A stretch of 64,000 nt of DNA from an uncultured Pseudomonadota bacterium (GCA_963843375.1 CAWJKT010000014.1:160001-224000); one strand, 5' to 3'; positions 8,085 through 17,908 are shown, numbered from the stretch's first letter. Notes: generated from the sequence alone by a model not told the origin. Numbers and translations are program-made.

Positions 8085-11000
8085 ATGCCAGACAAGAAAA
8101 AAACTATGAACAACGGCCAAGAAAAAAATTCCTTTAAGGGCTATTGCCGGTTTTTTAGGCGGGGAACGGGCACGGTATTACCAGTTCTTTTTTTCTTCTT
8201 TGCGCTTATTTCCCATCTGCAAGCTCAAATTAATTACGGCACGGCTAATTACAATTCCGCCACCTACACCTATACATCTATCGCGACCGCTTATGCTCCA
8301 TCCGGGGCGGGAGCTTGCGGTTTTCCGGCAGGGTCAGACCCGACACTTACAGCAGCTATCAACTCTAACTCCGGGGGCGGGGGTGACGATTATCAAAACG
8401 GTTTAGCTTGCGGAGCCTGCGCGGCTTTAACAGTAACGGGGGATGCGGAAGCCATCACGGTGATGATTGATAATAGCTGCCCCTCTTGTACTGTTGCCGA
8501 CCAATTGGATTTGACGCAAGCGACATGGCAGGCATTGACAGGTGATACAAATTATGGACAGCTCAACATTGAATGGAAATTTGTCGCTTGTCCTTTAAGT
8601 CTTATGGCCGGTGATTCTTCGGGCGATATCACGTACGAATGGAAGTCGGGATGCAGTTCCGGTTATGACCCCATCCAATTTATGGATACTTTGTTTCCTA
8701 TTATAAGCGTGAGTTATAGTACTGCCAGCGGAGGGCCTTATACTGCACTGACCCTTGGGGCAAATGGAGTGGGCGGGAACAATTACTGGGGAACCACCAG
8801 CGGCAACTTGAACGGAACCACGGGCCCCTTTTATTTTGACGTGACGGATGGCGCGGGAGGTTCAGTCACGATCGGTCCTCTTACCGTGGCCAGCTGCGGT
8901 ACCGTCAGCGCGACCAGCGTCCAAGTTCCCGGTCCCGGGCCTACCGCTACACCCACCAAAACAAATACACCAGGCGGACCCACCAATACACCTACGGCTT
9001 TACCGACTGACACCGCCACCCCCGGTACTGGGTGCGGTTATGATACGAATTCCGGTGCAGCCTGCACTTTCACCCAAAGCACCTCCTCTGACAATTGCGT
9101 TACCTCAAGCTCCGCCGCCAGCACGGAAGCCATCAATCAGTTCTATAGTTATGGGGCCTCTGGCGTGTCTGTTCTTTACTGCGGTGGGAGTACGGCCGGC
9201 GCGAACGCATCGCCACAAGTGATTACCATGCAATGTTCTCCACCTGCCGGCGCCACAATCCAAGCGGCATTTTTGGATGTGGTGGAATATAACAGCAGTG
9301 GAACCCCAGCCCCTTCCACGGGAGCCGTAGTTTTAGGAGGTAAAACGACCGCGGCCGGAACGATGACCGGTAGTGGTAATCTCTGGAATGTATTTAATGA
9401 CCCGAGGTATGGATATGACATTACCAGCTATCCCGATCAAACGGCCTACAATATCCGCTACAATGTCACCAGTGATGTTTCTTTGTCAACGAACAGCTAC
9501 ACCGTTACTTACCCCAACATTGGCTCGAATACGGCATGGTCCGCCTCCTTGGTGATCGTCTACACGATTCCGGCTCCCAACGTCTGTGGAGCGGTAGCCC
9601 TAGATGACGGTCTTTTTTATTGGGATACGGGAGATGGAAACCTTCGAGAAGGCGTTACTCCCTATGCTCCGACAGTAGATTGGAGTTGCACGGATCCCAC
9701 CACAAGTTGCGGCACCAACAATTTTTCTGTTTTTGGAGGCAGCCAATACGGGCTTAATAGCAGTCAAACCCCGCCATTTACTGATAATTTTTACGGATCA
9801 ACTACGGGTGGAACCGCTGTTTCTTCCACTGACGCAACCGAATGGAGCAACTGCACCGCCCTGGGAACCTGCGGCCAGCCGACGGCTTTTGATCAGACTT
9901 ACACAGGAGTAGCCACGTCGGGGACAAATAAGATCACCTGGGGCTTAGGGGATCCCATCACCACGAACAAACAAGAATATTGGGTTAACATGTTGGCGGC
10001 TGGCTGTAACGCCACCTGCAATACCCCTACACCGACACCTACCCCGACGCGCACCAATACCAACACGCCCGTACCAACACCCACTTCAACGAATACGACC
10101 ACGGCCACCAGTTCGGCGACTGCCACTTCGACCCATACGACTACTTCAACCGTAACCTCAACCAGTACCAATTCCGTTACCTCAACGGCAACCTCAACCA
10201 AAACGAACACTTCAACGGCGACCGCTGTCGCAACGGCTACCGCCACAGCCGTGCCCCCTACGGCAACCGCAACCGCCGTGGCAACCGCTACAGCCGTTTC
10301 CACCTCTACCCCAACGCCTGTCCCCACTGCTACGGCTGTGGCTACGGCTGTTCCGGCTACCGCTACAGCTACCGTGGCAGTTCCCACTTCCACGTCCGTG
10401 GCTACGGTTGTGCCTCCCACGATGACCTTTACCGCCACAGTTGTCGCGACCAACACCACTGTGGCCACGGTCGTAGCTCCAACTGTTCCACCTACGAATA
10501 CAGCTGTCAACACCGCAACGGCGGTGCCAACCTCCACGGTCACAAATACCTTTACTCCATCGAATACAAAGACCGCCACTAATACAGCTATTGCCACCAA
10601 CACCCCAACCAATACTTTAACGGCTACCAATAGCTTTACTTTTACCGGGACTAGGACTCCCACCAATACTTACACTGTTACGAATACCCCGACGGTAACC
10701 AATACCTCGACCAATACTTTAACGGCTACCAATAGCTTTACTCTTACGGATACTAGGACTCCCACCAACACTAACACGGTTACGAATACCCCTACGACAA
10801 CCAATACCCCAACAAACACTTTTACATCTACTAATAGTTTTACTCCAACCGATACGAAGACACCCACTAACACACCCACCCTTACCAACACTCCGACCTC
10901 AACCAATACTGCCACTACCACTTTTACGCCCACGAACAGTTATACGCTTACGGACACAAAGACCCCTACCAACACCGCCACTAACACTAATACTCCTACC

Positions 11001-12620
11001 GTCACCAATACCTCGACCAATACCTTTACAGCTACCAATAGCTTTACTCTTACGGATACCAGGACTCCCACCAACACTTACACGGTTACGAATACCCCAA
11101 CGGCTACTAATACCCCGACAGATACCTTTACACTTACAAATACACACACACCTACTGTAACTTTTACCCCGTCCAATACACATACGGAAACCAATACTCC
11201 CACCGAGACCGATACGCCGACACCCACAAAAACAGCAACGAATACGGCGACAGCGACGGCAAGCTCGACGCCGACTGCGACTTATACTTTCACGCCGACT
11301 TACACTTTCACCTACACTTCAACCCCGACCTTTACCTTTACGCCGACGCCGGGGGTGAGCATCGTGAAGAAAGCCTCGGAAACGGTGGCGAATTCGGGAG
11401 ACTTGGTGACTTATAGCCTGATCCTGAACGTGGTGGAAGCGGCGGCCAGTTCGGTGACGGTGACGGACGTTCTTCCGGCGAATATGACGTTCAAGGGCTT
11501 CGCGTTGGTGCCGCCGGGTGGAGTGACGAGCGCGGTGGGCAATGACTTGAGCTGGACTTTCCCCAGCTTGCCGGTGGGAGCGGTGACGCTGACGTACCAG
11601 GCGGTAGTGGGGAACTTGCTGGCGGGCGGGACGGTCTTGACGAACAACGCGCAATTGACCTATGCGGGCAACCCGGTGCCGCAGAAGGCGTCGGTGAACA
11701 TCACGATCGCGTCGCTTTATAAGGTACAAGTGGCGGTGTACAACGCGGCGGGAGAACTGGTGGACGAGATATCGGTGGAGGAAATGTCCCAGGAAGTGAC
11801 CAGTTTCAGCCTGTCAGGGGCGACGATTACGAGCCTGGAAGGGAAGACGTACGTGGAAGTGGGTGGGGAGATCATCGCGTCATGGAATGGGCTGAACCAG
11901 TCGGGGACGCCGGTGACCAATGGCACTTATTATGTGAATGTGACGAGCACGGACCCCTATGGGTCGGTGACGAACGTATCGCAGACGGTGACGGTGAGCC
12001 GCTCGATCGCGCAGGTGATAGTGGATGTGTACAACGAGGCGGGTGAAGTGGTGAAGCATTTGTATAGCTACGCGGATGATCCCGGGAATGAATCCTTGGG
12101 GTCGGTGGCGTTGTCGACAGGAATGATCGCGCCGAATATCGGGACGCCGACCCCTGGCGGGAACAACTCGGTGACGATCACGTTCAATGGGACGTCGGTG
12201 GTATGGAATGGGACGAGCGATAGCGGTGGGATCGTGACGAACGGGGTGTATGAGATTGAGGTGAACTGGACGAACGGGAGCGGAGGCCAGCAAGTGGTGA
12301 CGAAGTCGGTGATTGTCCAGCAAGGGAACAGCCCGGTGACGAACGGCAAGGTGTACGCGTCTCCGAACATTCTGAAGGGCGTGAGCTCGACGATGGTGAA
12401 GGTGAATCCGACGACGACGGCCTTGACGCTGACGGTGAGCTTGTACGATGTGGCGGGAGAATTGGTGAAGAAGCCGGTGACGGGAGTCCCGGGTGCCAAC
12501 GAGACGAATCTGGACGTGTCGGGATTGGCCAGCGGCCTATACGTGGTGGTGGTGAACCTGAGCGATCTTAACGGCGACTTCATCCAAAAGCAGACCATCA
12601 AAATCGTCGTCCAGCGGTAA
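8085..12620 (+). CDS. Large secreted protein: expansin-like (DPBB + CBM63-like) head, Cys-containing middle domain, Thr-rich stalk, DUF11-like and FlgD-Ig-like domains, T9SS type-A-like C-terminal domain
   Basis: Signal peptide ending LQA; GACG, CGAC, DNSCPSC...LDL; SIVKKAS...GDLVTYSL...VTDVLP; three YN/DxAGExV modules; SPN...LASGLY...KIVVQR tail. Confidence 0.8.
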   Translation: MPDKKKTMNNGQEKNSFKGYCRFFRRGTGTVLPVLFFFFALISHLQAQINYGTANYNSATYTYTSIATAYAPSGAGACGFPAGSDPTLTAAINSNSGGGGDDYQNGLACGACAALTVTGDAEAITVMIDNSCPSCTVADQLDLTQATWQALTGDTNYGQLNIEWKFVACPLSLMAGDSSGDITYEWKSGCSSGYDPIQFMDTLFPIISVSYSTASGGPYTALTLGANGVGGNNYWGTTSGNLNGTTGPFYFDVTDGAGGSVTIGPLTVASCGTVSATSVQVPGPGPTATPTKTNTPGGPTNTPTALPTDTATPGTGCGYDTNSGAACTFTQSTSSDNCVTSSSAASTEAINQFYSYGASGVSVLYCGGSTAGANASPQVITMQCSPPAGATIQAAFLDVVEYNSSGTPAPSTGAVVLGGKTTAAGTMTGSGNLWNVFNDPRYGYDITSYPDQTAYNIRYNVTSDVSLSTNSYTVTYPNIGSNTAWSASLVIVYTIPAPNVCGAVALDDGLFYWDTGDGNLREGVTPYAPTVDWSCTDPTTSCGTNNFSVFGGSQYGLNSSQTPPFTDNFYGSTTGGTAVSSTDATEWSNCTALGTCGQPTAFDQTYTGVATSGTNKITWGLGDPITTNKQEYWVNMLAAGCNATCNTPTPTPTPTRTNTNTPVPTPTSTNTTTATSSATATSTHTTTSTVTSTSTNSVTSTATSTKTNTSTATAVATATATAVPPTATATAVATATAVSTSTPTPVPTATAVATAVPATATATVAVPTSTSVATVVPPTMTFTATVVATNTTVATVVAPTVPPTNTAVNTATAVPTSTVTNTFTPSNTKTATNTAIATNTPTNTLTATNSFTFTGTRTPTNTYTVTNTPTVTNTSTNTLTATNSFTLTDTRTPTNTNTVTNTPTTTNTPTNTFTSTNSFTPTDTKTPTNTPTLTNTPTSTNTATTTFTPTNSYTLTDTKTPTNTATNTNTPTVTNTSTNTFTATNSFTLTDTRTPTNTYTVTNTPTATNTPTDTFTLTNTHTPTVTFTPSNTHTETNTPTETDTPTPTKTATNTATATASSTPTATYTFTPTYTFTYTSTPTFTFTPTPGVSIVKKASETVANSGDLVTYSLILNVVEAAASSVTVTDVLPANMTFKGFALVPPGGVTSAVGNDLSWTFPSLPVGAVTLTYQAVVGNLLAGGTVLTNNAQLTYAGNPVPQKASVNITIASLYKVQVAVYNAAGELVDEISVEEMSQEVTSFSLSGATITSLEGKTYVEVGGEIIASWNGLNQSGTPVTNGTYYVNVTSTDPYGSVTNVSQTVTVSRSIAQVIVDVYNEAGEVVKHLYSYADDPGNESLGSVALSTGMIAPNIGTPTPGGNNSVTITFNGTSVVWNGTSDSGGIVTNGVYEIEVNWTNGSGGQQVVTKSVIVQQGNSPVTNGKVYASPNILKGVSSTMVKVNPTTTALTLTVSLYDVAGELVKKPVTGVPGANETNLDVSGLASGLYVVVVNLSDLNGDFIQKQTIKIVVQR
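10608..11200 (+). repeat. Intragenic tandem repeat, about 102-bp unit (34 aa), about 6 degenerate copies
   Basis: Unit TNTLTATNSFTLTDTRTPTNTYTVTNTPTVTNTS; near-identical DNA starting at about 10611, 10713 and 11019. Confidence 0.8.
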
Positions 12621-12917
12621 GTGTAACCCATTAATGGGTAAAGCTGCGAAGTTTAATCCCTTGAATGTAAATCACCGGTGACCCTGAAAATGGGTTTTCA
12701 ATTGATATAGAAAGCTCGTGCCGGAAGTTATAACAAGTGAACCTAATGGCTTCTTATATAAAATATCCAAACTCCAAGTTTCCAATGGCTTGACCTATTC
12801 TATTTTGTGCCAATCAAAAGTTGTTTTTAGAAATCAAACTGAAACTTGGTTGATCAAAGTGATGTGTTAAAATTGGATAAATATTTATAGGGTTTGTATT
12901 TATCTGGAGGAGGTTTT

Positions 12918-13634
12918 ATGAAAAGGTTCTTGTCTGTTTTGTTCCTAATCTTCTTGCTTTATCAGAAAGTTTGGGGAAATGAATTTTACAATTCCGCGCC
13001 CGGATTTACGGTTCCAATTGGTTCCATCGCTTATTTAGGCGCCGGATACAACCCGCTACCAATCTGGAAAACGGGGAGCAGTAACACAACACTCAAAACC
13101 CGTGTGGTGCTGACTAATCCGCCTTCCAGCGCCCAGGCTATTTCCGAGGTGCAAGATGCGGTTATTAAAAACGCCGTAAAATGGAAACTTGATGTGGAGG
13201 CTGTTCCTACTGACATCGAGGACCAAAGAGCCTTGCTTCGATACATTTTTCATCCTGCTCAACCGGACAAGTTTCCATTTAGTTTAAAAAAACTTTCCTC
13301 CCTGGCAGGGGGGAAACCCTATGTCCTGATTGAACTGATCGATTATTACGCGACTTTCGGTTGTGGGGTTAATATCCGGGAATCGCAGGATGGAAAGAAG
13401 ATTAATTACTCCTTGAAGCGATCCATCCTGGAACAAAACGGGGGATTATTCAGCCAGCAGGGCTTCAACAAAGTGGGGGCTTTCGAGATTTTTCTCGTTT
13501 CTACCAAGGATGGAAGCCTTCTTTGGCAAGCCAATGGTTGCGATTCCTTTCAACATACTATTTTTAATTCCTTTAAGGATACTGCGGATCATGAGATGGA
13601 TAAATGCCTAAGGACCCTGGCGGGGAAAAAGTAA
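12918..13634 (+). CDS. Hypothetical exported protein
   Basis: GGAGGAGG RBS before ATG 12918; signal peptide MKRFLSVLFLIFLLYQKVWG. Confidence 0.7.
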   Translation: MKRFLSVLFLIFLLYQKVWGNEFYNSAPGFTVPIGSIAYLGAGYNPLPIWKTGSSNTTLKTRVVLTNPPSSAQAISEVQDAVIKNAVKWKLDVEAVPTDIEDQRALLRYIFHPAQPDKFPFSLKKLSSLAGGKPYVLIELIDYYATFGCGVNIRESQDGKKINYSLKRSILEQNGGLFSQQGFNKVGAFEIFLVSTKDGSLLWQANGCDSFQHTIFNSFKDTADHEMDKCLRTLAGKK

Positions 13635-13734
13635 ACAGTGTCAAGAAAGGCGAGGCACCCTGGCTTTAAATAACCCTTACGAATCCCCGGCGTAGATGGA
13701 TAAATCCATTCCGGCTTAATCTGAAGCGCTTCAG

Positions 13735-13817
13735 GAGTTCTTCCTGTTGAGGAATCCAAGTGTCAAACCAGGGTATAGATATTGGCAGGCCCTTTTTACG
13801 ATCTTCTTTTGATCTAA
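13735..13817. repeat. att-like site copy 3 (degenerate core GAGTTCTTCCTGTTGAGGA + arm GATCTTCTTTTGATCTAA)
   Basis: Arm identical to 3546-3563; degenerate core at matching distance. Confidence 0.5.
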
Positions 13818-13919
13818 ACTTGTAGAAGTGCCACAACGCCAATGGTTTTCGAACATTTCCTCGTTGAAAAATAAAGTGTCTTATTCTTTTTAGTTGACGA
13901 ATTATTAAACACGTTATAT

Positions 13920-13951
13920 ATAACCATGTAGTTAAATAACCGAAAGGTTAT
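13920..13951. promoter_or_regulatory. Tandem operator for the ArsR-family repressor
   Basis: ATAACCATGTAGTTAA followed directly by the palindrome ATAACC-GAAA-GGTTAT, just upstream of the start codon; TTGACG at 13894. Confidence 0.65.
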
Positions 13952-13958
13952 ATACAAC

Positions 13959-14309
13959 TTGCCCACTGACCAACTTTCCGCTACTTTTTCGGCCCTGGCT
14001 GACCCCACCCGGCGCGCAATGCTGGCACGCCTAAGCTCGGGGCACGCCTCGGTTCAAGAATTGGCCAAACCCTTCCATATGAGCCTTCCGGCAATCTCCA
14101 AGCATCTCAAGGTGCTGGAAAAGAGCGGGCTGATCATCCGAAGCCGGAAAGCGCAATGGCGGCCTTGCCACCTGGAAGCGAAACGGTTGAAGGAGGTTTC
14201 CGATTGGGTTGAGAGTTATCGCCGGTTTTTCGAGGAAAGCTTCGACCGTCTGGATATACACCTGAAAGAAATTCAAAGAAAGGAGAAGAAACATGGACAT
14301 AAAACATAA
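13959..14309 (+). CDS. ArsR/SmtB-family regulator (SRPBCC-associated type)
   Basis: FSALADPTRRAML...SLPAISKHLKVLEKSGLI. Confidence 0.92.
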   Translation: MPTDQLSATFSALADPTRRAMLARLSSGHASVQELAKPFHMSLPAISKHLKVLEKSGLIIRSRKAQWRPCHLEAKRLKEVSDWVESYRRFFEESFDRLDIHLKEIQRKEKKHGHKT

Positions 14310-14754
14310 AGAGAAAGAATTGGTGGAGAACCGTCAAATCGTAAGAACCCGGGTTTTTGACGCGCCCCGTGAAATAGTTTGGGATGCCTGGACCGACCCG
14401 AAGCAACTGGCTCTATGGTGGGGGCCTAAAGGTTTTACCAACACTTTCAAGGAATTCAACCTGAGTTCGGGTGGGAATTGGCGCTTCGTGATGCATGGCC
14501 CTGACGGCAAGGACTATCCAAATGAAAACATCTTTGTTGAGATCGTCCGGCCTGAAAGGATCGTTTTTGACCATTTTTCAGGCCCGAAATTCCGTTTGAC
14601 GGCAATCTTCAAGGATAAAGGGGATAAAACCGAATTGGTTTGGACCATGGTTTTTGAAACGGCTGCGGGGTATGAACAAGTGAAACCCTTTGCGTTAGCG
14701 GGTTTAGAGCAGAATCTGGATAAACTGGAGGCTCATCTGGCTGGTAGAGTTTGA
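14293..14754 (+). CDS. SRPBCC/AHSA1 domain protein
   Basis: RVFDAPREIVWDAWTDPKQLALWWGP, GGNWRFVMHGPDG. Confidence 0.92.
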   Translation: MDIKHKEKELVENRQIVRTRVFDAPREIVWDAWTDPKQLALWWGPKGFTNTFKEFNLSSGGNWRFVMHGPDGKDYPNENIFVEIVRPERIVFDHFSGPKFRLTAIFKDKGDKTELVWTMVFETAAGYEQVKPFALAGLEQNLDKLEAHLAGRV

Positions 14755-14790
14755 AGTTGTTTGAGTGGATTCAAAAAAACATTCAGGAGA

Positions 14791-15279
14791 ATGGATATGG
14801 CCAGAATAAATAAAAAACTTGGTGAGAAATCCCCTGTAAAAGAGCTAGTCCTTAAGCGTATCTTTGACGCACCACGAGAGTTAGTGTTTAAGGCTTGGAC
14901 TGATCCGAAACAGGTCGCGAAATGGTGGGGACCGCACTTATACACCAATCCGATCTGTGAATGGGACGCGAGAGTGGGGGGCGAAATTCTTGTGCACATG
15001 AAGGGGCCCACAGGTACCCATCCGATGTCAGGGGTATTTAAGGAAATAAAGCCGCCCGTGAAGCTGGTTTTTACCGCCGGGGTGCCGGATGGAAAAGGGA
15101 AGATGGTTCTGGAAAACTTGAATACGGTGACTTTTGGGGTCAAAGGGAAAAAGACCCAAATGACCCTGAAGGTCAAAGTCCTTCAGGCTATGGAAGAGGC
15201 ATTGCCGATGCTTGAGGGCATGAAGGTGGGTTGGAGCCAATCCCTGGAGAAACTCGCCGAACTATTGGGAGAAATCTAA
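14791..15279 (+). CDS. SRPBCC/AHSA1 domain protein (second copy)
   Basis: RIFDAPRELVFKAWTDPKQVAKWWGP, GWSQSLEKL; RBS AGGAGA before ATG 14791/14797. Confidence 0.9.
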   Translation: MDMARINKKLGEKSPVKELVLKRIFDAPRELVFKAWTDPKQVAKWWGPHLYTNPICEWDARVGGEILVHMKGPTGTHPMSGVFKEIKPPVKLVFTAGVPDGKGKMVLENLNTVTFGVKGKKTQMTLKVKVLQAMEEALPMLEGMKVGWSQSLEKLAELLGEI

Positions 15280-15295
15280 ACAGCCCGAAGGTATA

Positions 15296-16699
15296 TTGAA
15301 AGGGGAATGGATCTTGAACACTGAAGAAGGGAAGAACTTGAAAAAACTGGTCCCCTGGATCAATTACTTGATCTTTTTCACGGTCGTGAACGAGACGGTG
15401 TTCAACGTGTCCACTCCCAAGATCGCCGAGCAATTCGCCTTGAGTCCCTCAGGCGTCAGCTGGATGATGACGATCTTCATGGTTTTTTTCGGGATCGGTT
15501 CGCTCATTTACGGCAAACTTTCGGATATCTATAGTCCTAAGGGTCTCATCATCATCGGCGTGGTTGTGTATTGTATAGGTTCGGTCATGGGTTTCGCACT
15601 GAGGTTTTCCTATCCACTGGTCATCATGGCTCGGGCGTTCCAGGGAATCGGGGCCTCGGCCATACCCGCTCTGGTCTTCGTGGTTGTCGCCCGGTATTTC
15701 GAGGTCCATGAGCGGGGAAAGATTTTTGGAACCATCACTTCCACCGTTTCCTTCGGAATCGGTGTGGGCCCGGTTGTGGGAGGTTTCGTATCGGGCTCGC
15801 TCAACTGGTCCTATCTTTTTCTAATCCCTCTTTTCACGCTGGTTTCGATCCCTTTTTTCAACCGAGAACTGCCCTGGGAGCCCCGGCGGGAGGGAACTGT
15901 TGATACCATCGGCGCTATCCTGGTGGCTTTAACTGTCGGAGCCCTTATGCTTTTTTTAAACTTAAGCCAATGGGTTTATTTGGCGGCCTTCATGGCTTTC
16001 CTCGGGCTTTTCCTTTGGCACATTCATCGTTCCTCTGACCCATTCATCAAACCTTCTTTATTCAAAAATATTAAATTCCGGGACGGTGTAATCGTGGGGT
16101 TCAGTCTCTTTTCCGTCGTCATTGGCGTCCTTTTTCTGATCCCTCTGATGCTCCATGAGGTCAATGGCCTAAGTACCAGCCAAATCGGGCTGGTTCTTTT
16201 TCCGGGCGCCATCAGTTCGGTCTTTTTCGGACCTATCGCGGGCACACTGGCCGACCGCAAGGGAAACCCATTTGTGGTGGCTATCGGACTTTCTCTGTTG
16301 GTGGCAAGTATGGTCTTGATGGCTTTCTTTTTGAGCCTATCCCCCTTTCTTGTGGCTTTCGCCTTATTGCTCACCTATGTGGGATTCTCGCTTTTCCAAA
16401 CCGCAATGATCAACAGCATCTCTCAAACCCTGCCCGAAAATGAAACAGGGGTCGGGATGGGGGTATTTAACCTCGTTGGCATTATTTCCGGAGCCGTGGG
16501 AACCACCCTAGTCGGCAAGATCCTCGATGGTCGATGGCTGGAATTTTCCCTGCTTTCCACCCTGACGAAGGGCTATGCCTACAGTAATTTGTTGCTCTTG
16601 CTTTCGGTGGTCGTCATTTTGGGTGGGGCTTTATACCTTCGCAGTTATCGCCAAATGACGCCCAACAAGTCCGACTTGGTAGGTATTTCAGAAGTTTAA
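15296..16699 (+). CDS. MFS efflux transporter, 14-TMS Tet(K)/Tet(L)-like family
   Basis: FFTVVNETVFNVSTPKIA, YGKLSDIY motif A, ARAFQGIG, GVGPVVGG motif C. Confidence 0.85.
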   Translation: MKGEWILNTEEGKNLKKLVPWINYLIFFTVVNETVFNVSTPKIAEQFALSPSGVSWMMTIFMVFFGIGSLIYGKLSDIYSPKGLIIIGVVVYCIGSVMGFALRFSYPLVIMARAFQGIGASAIPALVFVVVARYFEVHERGKIFGTITSTVSFGIGVGPVVGGFVSGSLNWSYLFLIPLFTLVSIPFFNRELPWEPRREGTVDTIGAILVALTVGALMLFLNLSQWVYLAAFMAFLGLFLWHIHRSSDPFIKPSLFKNIKFRDGVIVGFSLFSVVIGVLFLIPLMLHEVNGLSTSQIGLVLFPGAISSVFFGPIAGTLADRKGNPFVVAIGLSLLVASMVLMAFFLSLSPFLVAFALLLTYVGFSLFQTAMINSISQTLPENETGVGMGVFNLVGIISGAVGTTLVGKILDGRWLEFSLLSTLTKGYAYSNLLLLLSVVVILGGALYLRSYRQMTPNKSDLVGISEV

Positions 16700-16717
16700 A
16701 TTGGGGGGGATTCTCGC

Positions 16718-17908
16718 CTAAACCGCCTGCCCCGCAGCCCAGCCAGATGACCAAGCCCAGTGAAAGTTGAATCCTCCCAATTGCCCCGTTACATCCAAAA
16801 CCTCGCCGATGAAAAAGAGCCCCGGCACCTTAAGCGATTCCATGGTTCGGGGGGAAAACTCCCGCGTATCCACTCCGCCTCGCATGACTTCCGCCTGCCG
16901 ATAGCCAAAGGTGCCTTCGGGTATGAAGCGGTAGGCATGGATGTCGGCGGCCAAGGCCAAGAGTCGGTCGTTGGAAAGGGCGGACCAAGGCCCCCGGGCT
17001 TCGGCATTCCAGGCGATGCGTTCGGCCAAGCGGCGGGGAATTCGCTCGGACAACCAGACCCGAAACTTGCCCCGGCCTCCGGCGGCCTTGTCTTTTTTCA
17101 ATTTTCGAAAAGTGGACTCCACGGTGAGCTCCGGCACCCAGTTGACCACGATCTCACGGCCGGGTTCCCAATAAAGGGAAGCGTTGAGCATGACGGGGCC
17201 GCTTAGGCCATGGTGGGTGATCATCAGGTCTTCCACCAAATTCCAATCATCGCAGGAAACACCCACCCGAAGGTGGATCCCGGCCAAATCCTTGAAACGG
17301 GTCCATTTCCCTAGGCGGGAAGGTCAGACCGACCAGGGCTGGGGAGGGTTCTATCATTTTCAGGCCGAACTGTTGGGCGATTTGAAACCTAAATCGGTAG
17401 CGCCCAGTTGAGGCCAGGACAATCCTCCCGTTGCCACAACTAGCTTCAAGGCGGAATAGTTCTCTGCATTTATTCGAACAGTAAAGGTATGCTTTCGGCG
17501 TGGAAACTACCTCATCAACCTTTTGCCCCAAAAACATTTTACGCCCTTTCCTGGGCTCTGGTCACCAGAAGGTCAATGATCGCTTTGGCGCTTTTATCAC
17601 AGAACAACTGACCGTCCTTTTTTTCATGGAAGGGAATGGAGCGAGATTGAACGAGAGAGATGAAGTCTTTCGGGGTGAACCGGCGAAAGGGCGTCATCGA
17701 CAAACGCCGGGTTCGATGAGACGTAATTGGCGGGGTAAACATCCAGGTTGGTGAAGTTACAGCGTCCGCCTCCCGAAACAAGGATTTTCGGGCCGGGGCG
17801 ATGTCCTTGTTCTAATACTAATACCTTGCGCCCCCTTGAGGCGGCTTCAGAAGCGCACATAAGGCCCGCGGCTCCGGCACCCAGGACAATGACATCGCAA
17901 GAATTCAT
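16718..17908 (-). pseudogene. HI0933/YhiN(BaiN)-family flavoprotein split by several frameshifts
   Basis: GAGAAG, KILVSGGGRCNFTN, ATGGLSWP, THHGLSGP, GGVD, GEVLDVTGQLGGFN found in different frames; the span of about 1190 nt is full length. Confidence 0.85.

Noticed and set aside
10608..11200. Regular DNA repeats as a CRISPR array
   Set aside because: In-frame coding repeats without unique spacers; no cas genes.
13959..14309. This ArsR as the regulator of the arsenic operon
   Set aside because: Lacks an As-binding Cys pair, has its own operator, and belongs to the SRPBCC-linked type.
14752..14797. Two SRPBCC genes in frame across one TGA (possible readthrough fusion)
   Set aside because: The second gene has its own AGGAGA RBS and ATG; being in frame is a 1-in-3 chance.
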